Shown: positions 37,789-47,862 of the stretch, one piece after another
Numbering within the stretch: the first letter of the stretch is position 1
Layout: every line of letters begins with the position of its first letter
Source of the DNA: Candidatus Harrisonbacteria bacterium
GTDB taxonomy: Bacteria; Patescibacteriota; Minisyncoccia; UBA6257; 1-14-0-10-40-38
DNA: 64,000 nucleotides
Reading direction: 5' to 3'
Assembly: GCA_023245035.1 (NCBI GenBank)
Contig: JAHFLD010000004.1
Span: 13,496-77,495, forward strand
Translations under genes and position numbers: made by a program
The notes under the pieces: generated by a model
What the model saw: the letters and a program-made list of their open reading frames with translations, nothing else
The model's database searches: none
What the model was told of the DNA's origin: nothing

Positions 37789-38088
37789 ATGTTCAAGGAA
37801 TTCGCTAAATTTTTAAAAGAGTTCAATATTGTTTCTTTGGCGGTGGGTTTTGTGATGGGTACGGCCTCAACCTCGCTCGTGAGTTCTATGGTTAAAGACG
37901 TGCTCATGCCCATTGCCGCGCCACTTTTGGGCGCGGAAGCGTGGAGAGAGGCCGTTTGGCATATTGGTCCCGTGACTATTGCTATTGGCTCGTTTGCGGC
38001 CGAGCTTTTTAATTTTCTGATCTTAGCTTTGATTGTTTTTGTTATTGTCAAAAAAATTATCAAGACGGAGACGGTAAAAAAATATTAA
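37789..38088 (+). CDS. mscL: Large-conductance mechanosensitive channel MscL
   Basis: LKEFNIVSLAVGFVMGTA...VKDVLMPI conserved TM1 and loop region. Confidence 0.85.
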   Translation: MFKEFAKFLKEFNIVSLAVGFVMGTASTSLVSSMVKDVLMPIAAPLLGAEAWREAVWHIGPVTIAIGSFAAELFNFLILALIVFVIVKKIIKTETVKKY

Positions 38089-38089
38089 T

Positions 38090-40630
38090 TTGATGACAAG
38101 AAAAATCGTCAGTTCCGTTGTTATAACTTCACTATTTTTTTCTCAAGTATCTTTTGTTTTTGCTCAAACGCTCGAGCCGGTGACCATAAATACCACTACG
38201 ACTACGGAACCTATATCCGAACCTGTGCCCGAACCAGAGCCTGTCGTTGAAGAAACTGTAACGCCTCCGGCAGACACCACGGGGCCGGCCTTTATTTCTG
38301 TCGCCACCGCGTCAGCGGAGGAAACCGAGGTTACGGTAGTCTGGACAACCGACGAGCTGGCATACGGCTTCGTAGAATATGGAGAGACGATGAGCTACGA
38401 TCTCTCTACGCCGAAGAGTGCCTCGGCAGAACTGGATCACACCATAGCCATAACCAATCTAACGGCGGGCACCGTATATCATTATCGTATTGTCGCGGAA
38501 GACGAAAGTGGCAATGTAAGCTATTCAAAAGACCGGACATTGGAGACGGCTTTGGAGGTGGTTGCTATAGATAACGCGCCGCCGGAAATCTCTGAAATAT
38601 CCGTGACCGATATCGCGACCTCGAGCGCGATAGTGAGTTGGGTGACCGATGAGCTGGCGCAAGGAAAAATAGAGTACGGAAAAACCGCCGAATATGGCGC
38701 GTCCTCGCCTTTGACTGCTGACTATGCCACCACACACTCCGCATCAATCGCGAATCTTGATCCGGATACGGAGTACCATTATCGCGTGGTCGTACAAGAT
38801 GAATCCGGCAATGAGGCGCTCTCTCCCGACGAGATATTTATTACCGACCCGTTTCCGCCAGAACAGCCGGTTGTTGCAGAACCGGATTCTTCGACGGATT
38901 CGACAAGTTCACCACAGGCAAGCTCAGAACCTTTGGCCGCTACGACAACATCAGAAACCACGGCGACCTCAACACCGGCGACTATACCAACAGGAAATTC
39001 CACGTCAACACCGGGAACTTCTACAACCACCCCAACAGCTAATACCGAGCCGGACGCAATCGCAACAACAACCCCGTTTGCGATTTCCCATATTGAAACT
39101 GCTTTGGTCGGCACATCGACGGCGAGGATAATATGGAGAACGAACGAACCGGCGACATCGCGGGTATTTTATGGCGCTTCGGAAAATTACGCCTCTTCGT
39201 CCCCCGCTCTAAATGCTCTCAATTCATCTCACGAAATAAAACTGACCGGTCTAAACTCGGGCACTAATTATTTTTATAAAGTTGTTTCCAAAAATGCCTC
39301 CGGTAAGACAATCGAAAAAAGCGGATTTGAATTCAATACGTTGTTTAGGAAAAAGACAACGGTAATCCCGCCGGCGATCGCCGCTATGCGAATTGAATCA
39401 GTGGGAACTTCAAGCGCGATAATTTTATTTGATACCAATGTTCCGGCAACCGGCCAAATTAAGTATGGGACAACGACAAGCTACGCCAAGTCCGATCTAG
39501 AGCACGCGGCGCTTCTTACCAAGCATCGCCATCCGCTCTCCGGACTCGCGCCAAACACCGGCTATAATTTCGTCGCGGTTGTACGCGATGTCTACGGCAA
39601 CGAAACGATTTATCAAAATCAAACATTTAGGACCTTTGGGAATCAGATCACGACGCAACAGATAGAAGCCGAGCCCGAAACCGTAGTTGATCAAACGACG
39701 GTGGCGCCGGAGAAAAGCAGTGGAGGAGGCGGTGATTATCCTTTTACATATACGCCAACTCACAGCAAGCCGGCAATCGTCAAAGTTGAAGCGCTTGATA
39801 AGCAGGTGATGTTCGTGTGGAATCCGCAAAAGCCGCCAAAAGCCGCTTCGGGGTCAACGCAAATACGAACTAACATCGTCATTACGAGAAGTACCCTGAA
39901 TTATTTTGATAATCCGACTTTCGGCAAGATGGTCTACAAGGGAAATAGCGGGGTTTTCACCGACACGCGCCTGGAAAACGGCAAGACATATTATTATTCG
40001 GTTTTTAAAGTGAATCAGTTTAACAGCTACTCACAACCCGTTCGATTTAAGGTTGTGCCGACGGAAAAGGACCAAGAAATAACATTGAAAGCGGCGCCGA
40101 CGGTGGCACAAAAGACGCCGATCTATAAGTTTTCCAAAATCCTGGCGCGGGGCGATAAAAATAAGCAGGTGGAACATTTGCAGGTCTTACTTGCTTCCGA
40201 ATCTTCTATTTATCAAAGAGGTTTGATTACCGGATATTTTGGTCCACTAACGGAGCGGGCGGTTAAAACATTTCAGAAGCGCCATAAACTTTCGGCGACC
40301 GGAGTGGCGAACATGGCAACATTAAAAAAACTGGAGCAACTTTCCGGTGTAGAAGTTGCTCAAGACAAGGCGGCGATTTACGACAAGGCGTTGGCGAGAA
40401 ATTTGGCGGTTGGCCACACGGGCGGAGACGTGTCGGTATTGCAACAATTTTTAGTTAACGCCGAAGTTTATCCCGAAGCTTTAGTGACCGGCCGTTTTGG
40501 ACCATTGACGAGAGCGGCCTTACAAAGATTTCAACAAGAACAAAATATTACTCCGGCCGAGGGCTTTTTTGGACCAATCACCAAAAAGCGAGTGTTGAAC
40601 CTAATAAGACTTCGGAGTGTTTCGCTCTAG
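38090..40630 (+). CDS. Secreted cell-surface protein with five FN3/purple-acid-phosphatase-N-like repeats, an S/T/P-rich linker and two C-terminal peptidoglycan-binding (PG_binding_1) domains
   Basis: Signal peptide. Repeated units of the form ...VVWTTDE.A.G.VEYG.T..Y...........H...I.NL...T.YHYR.V..DESGN... occur five times. Two C-terminal LxxLL...G..TGxFGPxTxxAVxxFQ modules follow. Confidence 0.7.
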   Translation: MMTRKIVSSVVITSLFFSQVSFVFAQTLEPVTINTTTTTEPISEPVPEPEPVVEETVTPPADTTGPAFISVATASAEETEVTVVWTTDELAYGFVEYGETMSYDLSTPKSASAELDHTIAITNLTAGTVYHYRIVAEDESGNVSYSKDRTLETALEVVAIDNAPPEISEISVTDIATSSAIVSWVTDELAQGKIEYGKTAEYGASSPLTADYATTHSASIANLDPDTEYHYRVVVQDESGNEALSPDEIFITDPFPPEQPVVAEPDSSTDSTSSPQASSEPLAATTTSETTATSTPATIPTGNSTSTPGTSTTTPTANTEPDAIATTTPFAISHIETALVGTSTARIIWRTNEPATSRVFYGASENYASSSPALNALNSSHEIKLTGLNSGTNYFYKVVSKNASGKTIEKSGFEFNTLFRKKTTVIPPAIAAMRIESVGTSSAIILFDTNVPATGQIKYGTTTSYAKSDLEHAALLTKHRHPLSGLAPNTGYNFVAVVRDVYGNETIYQNQTFRTFGNQITTQQIEAEPETVVDQTTVAPEKSSGGGGDYPFTYTPTHSKPAIVKVEALDKQVMFVWNPQKPPKAASGSTQIRTNIVITRSTLNYFDNPTFGKMVYKGNSGVFTDTRLENGKTYYYSVFKVNQFNSYSQPVRFKVVPTEKDQEITLKAAPTVAQKTPIYKFSKILARGDKNKQVEHLQVLLASESSIYQRGLITGYFGPLTERAVKTFQKRHKLSATGVANMATLKKLEQLSGVEVAQDKAAIYDKALARNLAVGHTGGDVSVLQQFLVNAEVYPEALVTGRFGPLTRAALQRFQQEQNITPAEGFFGPITKKRVLNLIRLRSVSL

Positions 40631-40634
40631 ATCG

Positions 40635-41870
40635 CTACGCGTTGTCCCCCGCCACAAAGCCGGTTGTCCAGCAGAGTTGCAGACTGTAGCCACCCGAGGG
40701 GCGGTCGATGTTTAGAACGTCGCCGACGAGATAAAGACCCGGAATCAGGCGCGACTCCATGGTTTTAAAGTTTACTTCTTCAAGCGCCACGCCACCCGAA
40801 GAGACAATCGCTTTTTCGGCGCCAAGCAAACCGGAGACGTGAAGCGGGATCGCCTTCATCAGCGCGGAAAGTTTTTTGCGCGATTCGGTGCTGACGCTAT
40901 GATTCGGCGTCTCGCCACTGATGTTGGATATTTCCAAAATCGCGCCGACGAGAGCGGCGGGGATTATTTTGCTTAAAACGTTTTTTAATTTTTTATTGCT
41001 TTCGCCGATTAGGAGTTCTTGCAGTTTTTTGCGGAGCGCGCCCTGATCAAGCGCCGGAAAAAGATCCAGCTCAATTACTACTTCGCCATATTTTAGAAGC
41101 TCCCCTATTTCCTGACTCAAGTTGAGCACTGTAGGGCCGCTAATGCCAAAGTGAGTAAACAAGAGACGGCCTTTGGCGCTTGCTTGCTTTTGCCCGTTCT
41201 GGAGCGCCGTGAGCTTAACGTCTTTGAGCGTGACACCGCCGAGTTTTTTGGCCCAGAGGTCGGCAAGCGCGATCGGAACCAGGGCAAAATTATTGGCGAC
41301 AATCGTATGCCCGAGTTTTTTTAGCCACTTAAAGCCATCGCCGCTCGATCCAGTCTCGGGACGCGAAACGCCGCCCGTCGCCAGAACGCACGACTTGGCG
41401 ATAATCTCCGGTTCGCCTTTTATTTTAACGACGATGTGTTTTTCTTTCGGATCAAAGAGAAGCCCCGCGACCTCGGCGCCGGCGCGCACTTTTACGCCAC
41501 CGACTTTCAGATAATTCACCAATACCTGCCAGACGGATTTGGCGCTGTCCGAAACCGGAAAGATTCGGCCTTCGTTTTCTTCTTTGGTCGCCAGGCCTCG
41601 TTCGTTGAAAAAAGTCAGGGCATCTTTAACCCCGAATTGGGTGAAGGCAGAAAAAAGAAACTGGCTCTTTTCTTTGTATTCGGTAAGCATGGCGCGAATA
41701 TCGGTTTTGTTGTTGGTTAGATTACAGCGCCCGCCGCCGGTAATGAGAAGTTTTTTACCGAGACCGGGATTCTTCTCCAAAAGCAAAACCTTCCGGCCAC
41801 AACCAGCCGCGCGGCCGGAGGCCATCATACCGGCCGGACCCCCGCCAATCACCACCACATCGTAATTCAT
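40635..41870 (-). CDS. HI0933-family (BaiN-like) FAD/NAD(P)-binding flavoprotein
   Basis: MNYDVVVIGGGPAGMMA...LLLEKNPGLGKKLLITGGGRCNLTN. Confidence 0.85.
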   Translation of the reverse strand: MNYDVVVIGGGPAGMMASGRAAGCGRKVLLLEKNPGLGKKLLITGGGRCNLTNNKTDIRAMLTEYKEKSQFLFSAFTQFGVKDALTFFNERGLATKEENEGRIFPVSDSAKSVWQVLVNYLKVGGVKVRAGAEVAGLLFDPKEKHIVVKIKGEPEIIAKSCVLATGGVSRPETGSSGDGFKWLKKLGHTIVANNFALVPIALADLWAKKLGGVTLKDVKLTALQNGQKQASAKGRLLFTHFGISGPTVLNLSQEIGELLKYGEVVIELDLFPALDQGALRKKLQELLIGESNKKLKNVLSKIIPAALVGAILEISNISGETPNHSVSTESRKKLSALMKAIPLHVSGLLGAEKAIVSSGGVALEEVNFKTMESRLIPGLYLVGDVLNIDRPSGGYSLQLCWTTGFVAGDNA

Positions 41871-41986
41871 ATTTTTGATCTTACCTTATAAAAAGCCAAA
41901 ATAGCGAGGATTATTTTTTGCTTGGCTGTTGCAATTTAGTGAAATTTAGGTAAAGTGTTGTAAGTTCCTTACCAAGGAGTTTTTCC

Positions 41987-42355
41987 ATGCCGATCGATTG
42001 TCCGGAGCTAAGTCAAAAGGCCCGAGCCATTTTTGAGAAACTGAAGCCACATTTCCCGCCAGATCCGTGGGGTAGTCCGAAATGGTTCGAGGATGGCAGA
42101 GTTTTCCGAGACCTCGGCGAACGAGTATTTGATCTGCGTAAGTCGGCCGACAGGAAGAAGATGATGGAGGAGCTGTTCCATACTTTGGGGTACATGTTGA
42201 CTATCGCGGTTGGTGTCTTCAGGGATCATCATGGGAAGTCCGCCAACTTAGAGGGCTTCCGACTGACGCCGATGTTGCTAAACAAGCTAGAACTTTATGA
42301 CTTGCTGACTGAGCTTGAGTATCAGATTGAGATCGCGCCTATCGTGGATGCGTAA
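41987..42355 (+). CDS. Hypothetical protein
   Basis: 122 aa. It is followed by an extended hairpin plus T7 terminator at 42358-42398. Confidence 0.5.
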   Translation: MPIDCPELSQKARAIFEKLKPHFPPDPWGSPKWFEDGRVFRDLGERVFDLRKSADRKKMMEELFHTLGYMLTIAVGVFRDHHGKSANLEGFRLTPMLLNKLELYDLLTELEYQIEIAPIVDA

Positions 42356-42394
42356 GATCGGTGCCGCCCAAGAACAGAGAATGTTCCGGGGCGG

Positions 42395-42460
42395 TTTTTT
42401 TATTAACTACGAACCCGCCTTCGCTTTGCGAGTTACTGGTGAGCGAGTTATGATATTGGG
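42395..42460. repeat. Dispersed intergenic repeat, copy B (ATTAACTACGAACCCGCCTTCGCTTTGCGAG...)
   Basis: Its 24-nt head is identical to copy A at 15362. It starts immediately after a terminator. Confidence 0.6.
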
Positions 42461-42462
42461 AC

Positions 42463-44400
42463 ATGGAAAATCCCGATTTTTTGAAGCAAAAATACGCCCT
42501 ACAAAATAGTCCCGAGGTGGAATCCGCCGCCAAGCGCACCGAGGCGCAGAGTGGTGAAAAAGTTCCACAGAAGCCCGAGGATAGAATTCAAAACTATCTG
42601 GATCGCTTTACGGAGATTCTGGATCGCGAGGATCCGGAAAAGCGGGAACGGGGCGTGGAAGCATTGAAGCAGATTTTGCACGACAAGTTTGTGATTAAGC
42701 CCGAGGAAGTTCCGGAGAGTTATTTTGAAACGCAACGCCGGATCGCGCGGGAGCGAGGGCAGGGCGAGATTGAAGTTACCGACGAGATGCGTAGACAGCA
42801 CACCGAAGTTATCATTGCCGATCAGGAGAGTACGCTAGATAATTGGATTGATTACCTTTCCTCACCGGACGCGCTGTATCCCGACTGGCTCAAGTATTGG
42901 GCAGTGCGGAGTATTCTCGGCTTAGGCGGATACGATAAGGAGAAAAAGCAATTTACCAAGCGGGACAAGGGAACAGTCAAACCATTCCCCGATCTGAACC
43001 GGGAGGCCTTGGCCTACGTGTTGGACGTGATAGAGAAAAAGCACAAGGGAGAAAAACCAAATCTCACCGCATTTGAAGCCGAGGACAAGCCTAAATTTGA
43101 GCAACTGCTCGCTGGAGAGAATTTTGGCAAGCTCTATGCCTGGGCGATTGAAAAGGTAACGCCGGATTCGGTGGATCGGCTAACGATCACCGAGGGTAAG
43201 TGGGTCAAATATGAAAAAGAATCGGATCACATGCCGCTCGTGGAATCGCTCCAAAGTCATGGCACCGGCTGGTGTACGGCGGGAGAATCCACTGCCGAGG
43301 CCCAACTTAAAAAGGGCGATTTTTATGTCTATTATTCGCTTAATCAAAATGGCGAGGCAAAGATTCCCCGGGTCGCGATTAGGATGGAGGATCAAGGCAT
43401 CGCCGAGGTTCGTGGAATCGCGCCCGAACAAAACCTGGACCCTTATATTGCTTCGGTGGCGCAGGAAAAACTTAAAGAATTTCCGGACGGGGAGAAATAT
43501 GAGAAGAAGGTTCGGGATATGAAACTTTTGACGGAGATTGATAACCGCGTAAAACGCGGGGATGAGTTAACTAAGGACGATCTGATTTTTCTGTATGAAA
43601 TCAAGGAGCCGATTGAGGGGTTTGGGTATCAGAAGGATCCAAGGGTTGAGGAGTTAAGGGAAGCAAGAAAGCTTAGATTCAAGGATGATTTGGTTATAAT
43701 TTTTGGATGTAAGCCAGAACGAGTGGCCTTAGCACCAAACGAAATTAAAGAAGATACTCTAGTGTATGTTGGGAAATTAGAACCAGGTATTTTTAACCGA
43801 TTACCCGTCAACATTGAACACATTTATGCTGAATTTCCCAGGGAAATACATAGGGAAAAAGTTGAAATTATCAAAAGAGAAAAACCGTCCATTCTATCAG
43901 ATAAATTAAAATTACGGCTGACAGCTGCTGATATTGGGATGACAGAAAGCGCGGCTGCAATAATAGACGATCCTTATTTTGTATTTGACGATGCCGAATC
44001 TTCAGTTTATAAGGATATTAGGGTTACTACTCTAATCCGCCTAACGGCGGCTGACCTAGGGCTGAAGCCTCAGATAATAAGCAGTAGAAGCGGTGTTGCC
44101 TTTGATCAAGTCTATGAGCGGGCAAAAGAACTCGGTTTGGAATTATGCCCCGGTGAAGTCATCCCTTATTATTGCATTGAATATCGAAGCAAACTTCCTA
44201 CCGTGGATATAAGAGTTGGAATGAAGTTCGAACACACGAGCCATTATGGCTTTCCTTCTGCTTTATCTTTCGAAATTTTAAACGAAAAAGACTCTGGAAT
44301 GCTTTTGAGTACGTATTCGCCAGATAATACCCAAAGTGAATACTCCACCTTTTTATTCCGTCTGCCGAATCGCGCCCCAAGCACTCCCCCGCCCGGTTAA
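42463..44400 (+). CDS. Hypothetical 645-aa protein with internal LRLTAADIGM / IRLTAADLGL repeats
   Basis: Long ORF. The C-terminal third (from ~43680) is markedly lower in GC than the N-terminal part. Confidence 0.55.
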   Translation: MENPDFLKQKYALQNSPEVESAAKRTEAQSGEKVPQKPEDRIQNYLDRFTEILDREDPEKRERGVEALKQILHDKFVIKPEEVPESYFETQRRIARERGQGEIEVTDEMRRQHTEVIIADQESTLDNWIDYLSSPDALYPDWLKYWAVRSILGLGGYDKEKKQFTKRDKGTVKPFPDLNREALAYVLDVIEKKHKGEKPNLTAFEAEDKPKFEQLLAGENFGKLYAWAIEKVTPDSVDRLTITEGKWVKYEKESDHMPLVESLQSHGTGWCTAGESTAEAQLKKGDFYVYYSLNQNGEAKIPRVAIRMEDQGIAEVRGIAPEQNLDPYIASVAQEKLKEFPDGEKYEKKVRDMKLLTEIDNRVKRGDELTKDDLIFLYEIKEPIEGFGYQKDPRVEELREARKLRFKDDLVIIFGCKPERVALAPNEIKEDTLVYVGKLEPGIFNRLPVNIEHIYAEFPREIHREKVEIIKREKPSILSDKLKLRLTAADIGMTESAAAIIDDPYFVFDDAESSVYKDIRVTTLIRLTAADLGLKPQIISSRSGVAFDQVYERAKELGLELCPGEVIPYYCIEYRSKLPTVDIRVGMKFEHTSHYGFPSALSFEILNEKDSGMLLSTYSPDNTQSEYSTFLFRLPNRAPSTPPPG

Positions 44401-44490
44401 ATTTCTTACTTTAATCCGCGCGCGATTTGACAATATATAAAGTTGTATTATGTTTGGTGGAGGTCTTTTACATTTTTCCAAGGAGAGCTT

Positions 44491-44757
44491 ATGCCTTCGC
44501 CAGTTCAGTCGACTTGCAAACACTGTAAGAGTGTTTTTATTGAAGAAGTTCAATGTCCGGACTGCAATGTTTTTCTTGGCGTCCCTAGGCAATGCATGCC
44601 ATGCCATAGAGAACTTGCTCACCAAATCATAGAAATCCAGAATGCTTCCTTTTTTGGCGGCAAAAAGCTGGACGGACATTCTTCTTTTGAGAAGGATCCG
44701 GACTGCTACCGAATTGCCGAGCCGGATTCCGACCAGTCTCCGGCGAACGATTTGTGA
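44491..44757 (+). CDS. Small zinc-ribbon (multi-CxxC) protein
   Basis: An AAGGAGAG RBS lies 6 nt upstream of the ATG at 44491. Cys motifs: CKHC...CPDC...CMPC. Confidence 0.45.
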   Translation: MPSPVQSTCKHCKSVFIEEVQCPDCNVFLGVPRQCMPCHRELAHQIIEIQNASFFGGKKLDGHSSFEKDPDCYRIAEPDSDQSPANDL

Positions 44758-44846
44758 AGCGTTGCCTGACCTTGATTAGCTCCAAGCCCCGTTTAATCGC
44801 GGGGCTTTTTATTTGATTTGGTATAATTAAGGCAAGCAAAAAAACC

Positions 44847-45299
44847 ATGATTAAAAATAATAAGGCGGTTGGGGTGACGGTTTGGTTTTTGAGGGTTGGC
44901 TTGGGCTGGTTGTTTTTTTATGCCGGAATTACCAAGGTCATAAATTCGGCCTGGTCGGCGGCGGGATATTTGGGAGCGGCAAAAACTTTTCCCGCTTTTT
45001 TTAGCTGGCTTACGACTCCGGCTAATATTCCGTGGGTTAATTTTGCTAATGAGTGGGGCTTGACCCTGATCGGACTGGGACTCATAACCGGACTCTTGGT
45101 TCGGCCAGCGGCGATTGCCGGAATTGCTTTAATGTTCCTCTATTATCTGCCGATTCTTGATTTTCCCTATCCCAATCCCCACTCTTATCTGGTTGACGAG
45201 CATATAATCTACATTTTGGTTTTGGCGTTGTTGTTTAACACGGACGCCGGACGATTCTGGGGCTTGGACAAGATGGTTTTTAAGCGAAAATATAATTGA
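44847..45299 (+). CDS. DoxX-family membrane protein
   Basis: VWFLRVGLGWLFFYAGITKV and a 4-TM DoxX topology. Confidence 0.8.
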   Translation: MIKNNKAVGVTVWFLRVGLGWLFFYAGITKVINSAWSAAGYLGAAKTFPAFFSWLTTPANIPWVNFANEWGLTLIGLGLITGLLVRPAAIAGIALMFLYYLPILDFPYPNPHSYLVDEHIIYILVLALLFNTDAGRFWGLDKMVFKRKYN

Positions 45300-45376
45300 G
45301 TCGCGATGGATGGTGAAATTGAAAATAGGCGCCGAGTTCTGGCTTGGAAAATAAAGCTGTGCTAGAGTGTGGTTGT

Positions 45377-45793
45377 ATGAAAATCGTGTTCGCGATGTTT
45401 TTACTGGTTGGCTTCGTCAGCATCGCCGTTTTCGGAGTTTTTGGGATGCACGCCGACATGCAGAAACACGGTAGCGCCGGTTGTATTGCCGCTACGGCGA
45501 CGGGAGCGGACTGCCCACAAAGGGCCACACCGGCGGATTCGCTGGCTTTCCACGCCACTTTTTTCAAAAGTTTTTCCAGCGCGGTTTTTGCCGGTTCTGT
45601 TTTGTCTTTATTGATTTTGGGCGCGATTCTTCTTATCGGATTCACTCATTTTAGACCGGTTGATTTTTTGATTCGCTTCCAGAGACTCGCCGACCACTCC
45701 TGGTTTAATTTTAGGGCAGAAACCTTGTCGCCACGACCGGAATTTTTGCGTTGGCTGACTCGCCACGAAAATAGTCCAACTTTGGTTTTTTGA
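45377..45793 (+). CDS. Hypothetical membrane protein. Start uncertain.
   Basis: TM helix MKIVFAMFLLVGFVSIAVFGVF and Cys pairs (C..C, GADCPQ). Confidence 0.4.
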   Translation: MKIVFAMFLLVGFVSIAVFGVFGMHADMQKHGSAGCIAATATGADCPQRATPADSLAFHATFFKSFSSAVFAGSVLSLLILGAILLIGFTHFRPVDFLIRFQRLADHSWFNFRAETLSPRPEFLRWLTRHENSPTLVF

Positions 45794-45910
45794 GACGCCG
45801 ACACAAGGTCATCCGTAGCTTTGCGGAGTCGAATCGGTTTTGTGTCGCGCGTCTTTTAGTCCCCCTACTTTGAGGGATTTTTTGTGCGCAGGAATTTTAT
45901 TGATCTTAAT

Positions 45911-46408
45911 ATGAATAAAACTTTTAGCAGTATCGTTTTAGGAGTTCTGATACTTGGCGGTCTTATCTGGGCGGCACGACCGGATGCGGAGAAAAAAATC
46001 CCGCCCCCGCTGGCTTCGGTTAGCGCGACACTCACGGCTTTGGAGGCCAACAACTATGACTTTGGCACCATTTCCATGGCGGCGGGAAAAGTTAAGCATG
46101 AGTTCAAAATCAAAAACACAGGAACCGCGGCGGTGAACATAGAAAAAATGTACACCTCCTGCATGTGCACGACGGCGGTATTGAGGCACGGGGATAAGCA
46201 ATTTGGTCCTTATGGTATGCCGGGACACGGCATGATACCGAGGATTGATCAAATGATAGATCCGCAAAAGGAAGCCACAATAGAAGTTATTTTTGATCCG
46301 GCTGCGCATGGACCGGCGGGTATCGGTCGAATTAAAAGAGTGGTTACGATTGAAAACAACGCCGGTCAGCCCCTGGAGCTCGAGTTCGCGGCGACGGTGA
46401 CTCCGTAA
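45911..46408 (+). CDS. DUF1573 domain-containing protein
   Basis: Signal/TM, then YDFGTI...G......F.I.NTG...V.I.....SCMCT, the DUF1573 signature. Confidence 0.6.
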   Translation: MNKTFSSIVLGVLILGGLIWAARPDAEKKIPPPLASVSATLTALEANNYDFGTISMAAGKVKHEFKIKNTGTAAVNIEKMYTSCMCTTAVLRHGDKQFGPYGMPGHGMIPRIDQMIDPQKEATIEVIFDPAAHGPAGIGRIKRVVTIENNAGQPLELEFAATVTP

Positions 46409-46413
46409 AATCC

Positions 46414-47196
46414 ATGAGTAAGAAATTTGTGATTCTTTTAGCGGGGGCGATACTACTTTTTGGCTCGGTGATTTTCTTTAAGGCGGGCAACATCGGCACA
46501 TCCGCGCTGTGGAATTTGAGCCGCGGGGGAAGTTGGCTCTTGCCGCTTATCGGCGTCGCGGCTTTGATTGACAGCATCAATCCGTGCGCGTTTTCGGTTT
46601 TGCTTTTGACGATTGCGTTTCTGTTTTCTATCGGAAAGAGCCGGCTTGGAATCCTGAAAATTGGCGGGGCTTATATCGTCGGCATCTTCGCGGTGTACAT
46701 TCTCATCGGTCTGGGACTCTTGCAGACGCTTCACCTCTTTGATACGCCGCACTTTATGGCGAAGGTTGGCGCGACCTTACTAATCGCTCTCGGGGCGATT
46801 AACCTAATCAACGAATTTTGGCCGTCTTTTCCGATCAAGCTTCGCATTCCGCAAGCGGCGCACGGCAAGATGGCGCAGTTAATGAAAAAGGCGTCGTTGC
46901 CGACGGCCTTTTTGTTGGGGGCGCTGGTCGGACTATGTGAATTCCCCTGTACCGGCGGGCCGTATTTGATGGTGCTGGGACTCCTACATGATCAGGCAAC
47001 TTATTTCGCGGGCGTTGGCTATCTGATTCTGTATAACCTGATTTTTGTTCTGCCACTCATCATTATTTTGGCTTTGTCGAGCAATCAAGCTCTGTTGCAA
47101 AAAGTCCAATCGTGGAAAAAGGCCGAGACAAAAAATATGCGCGTTTGGGGAGGCGCGGCCATGATTCTTCTTGGTCTCTTGATTTTTGCCTTCTAG
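46414..47196 (+). CDS. ccdA: Cytochrome c biogenesis / thiol:disulfide transporter CcdA (DsbD family)
   Basis: Conserved Cys in INPCAFSVLL and CEFPCTGGPY. Six-TM layout. Confidence 0.8.
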   Translation: MSKKFVILLAGAILLFGSVIFFKAGNIGTSALWNLSRGGSWLLPLIGVAALIDSINPCAFSVLLLTIAFLFSIGKSRLGILKIGGAYIVGIFAVYILIGLGLLQTLHLFDTPHFMAKVGATLLIALGAINLINEFWPSFPIKLRIPQAAHGKMAQLMKKASLPTAFLLGALVGLCEFPCTGGPYLMVLGLLHDQATYFAGVGYLILYNLIFVLPLIIILALSSNQALLQKVQSWKKAETKNMRVWGGAAMILLGLLIFAF

Positions 47197-47212
47197 TTCG
47201 ACATCAAACATC

Positions 47213-47716
47213 ATGACGACAAAAATACCTTACGAAGCGCTGATTAAAAAAATTGAGGCGATGAAAACTTCGGCGGCAGTTGATCTGTCAACCGAGGAGG
47301 ATTTAAGTATCGCGGTGATGAACTTAATAAGTTTAGAGGAGCACTTCTTCTTTACCGGAGCCAAAACCGGCAAGCCGGAATATTTTGATCTTTTGAACGA
47401 GGCGCGAAAAATGCGAAAAGAGCTACTCGCAAAAATGATGGATCAAAACGAGGGGGAAACCTGGTGTATTGCCAAGCACCTTTTGGCGGGGACGATGCGC
47501 TTGATGGAGGTCGGCACCAAGCTGCAGGCTGATGGCAAAGAGACGGCGGCGCGGGAGATGTTTAGCAGGGGCTACAAACTTTACTCACTATTCTGGGGGC
47601 TCCGACTCAAACTGGTTGATGTTGCCAAACTGCCGAAAATGGAAGAGCGAGGCAATCGCCCTTGGACGCTGGAAGAGATTACGAGCAAGCTGGTCGATTG
47701 CTGTGATGAAAAATAA
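47213..47716 (+). CDS. Hypothetical protein
   Basis: Start taken at MTTKIPYEAL. No recognisable domain. Confidence 0.45.
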   Translation: MTTKIPYEALIKKIEAMKTSAAVDLSTEEDLSIAVMNLISLEEHFFFTGAKTGKPEYFDLLNEARKMRKELLAKMMDQNEGETWCIAKHLLAGTMRLMEVGTKLQADGKETAAREMFSRGYKLYSLFWGLRLKLVDVAKLPKMEERGNRPWTLEEITSKLVDCCDEK

Positions 47717-47862
47717 GATGGACTTAGACGTTTGGCGGTCTGCTTTGTTAAAATCTCCGCTACTCGTTCGCTGTATTAAGTAAATACAGCTTACTCGTTG
47801 CTCGATTTTGCCTTGCATCCCATCCAAACCAACTAAGTCCTGAAAATAAGCAGTCTAAACTC

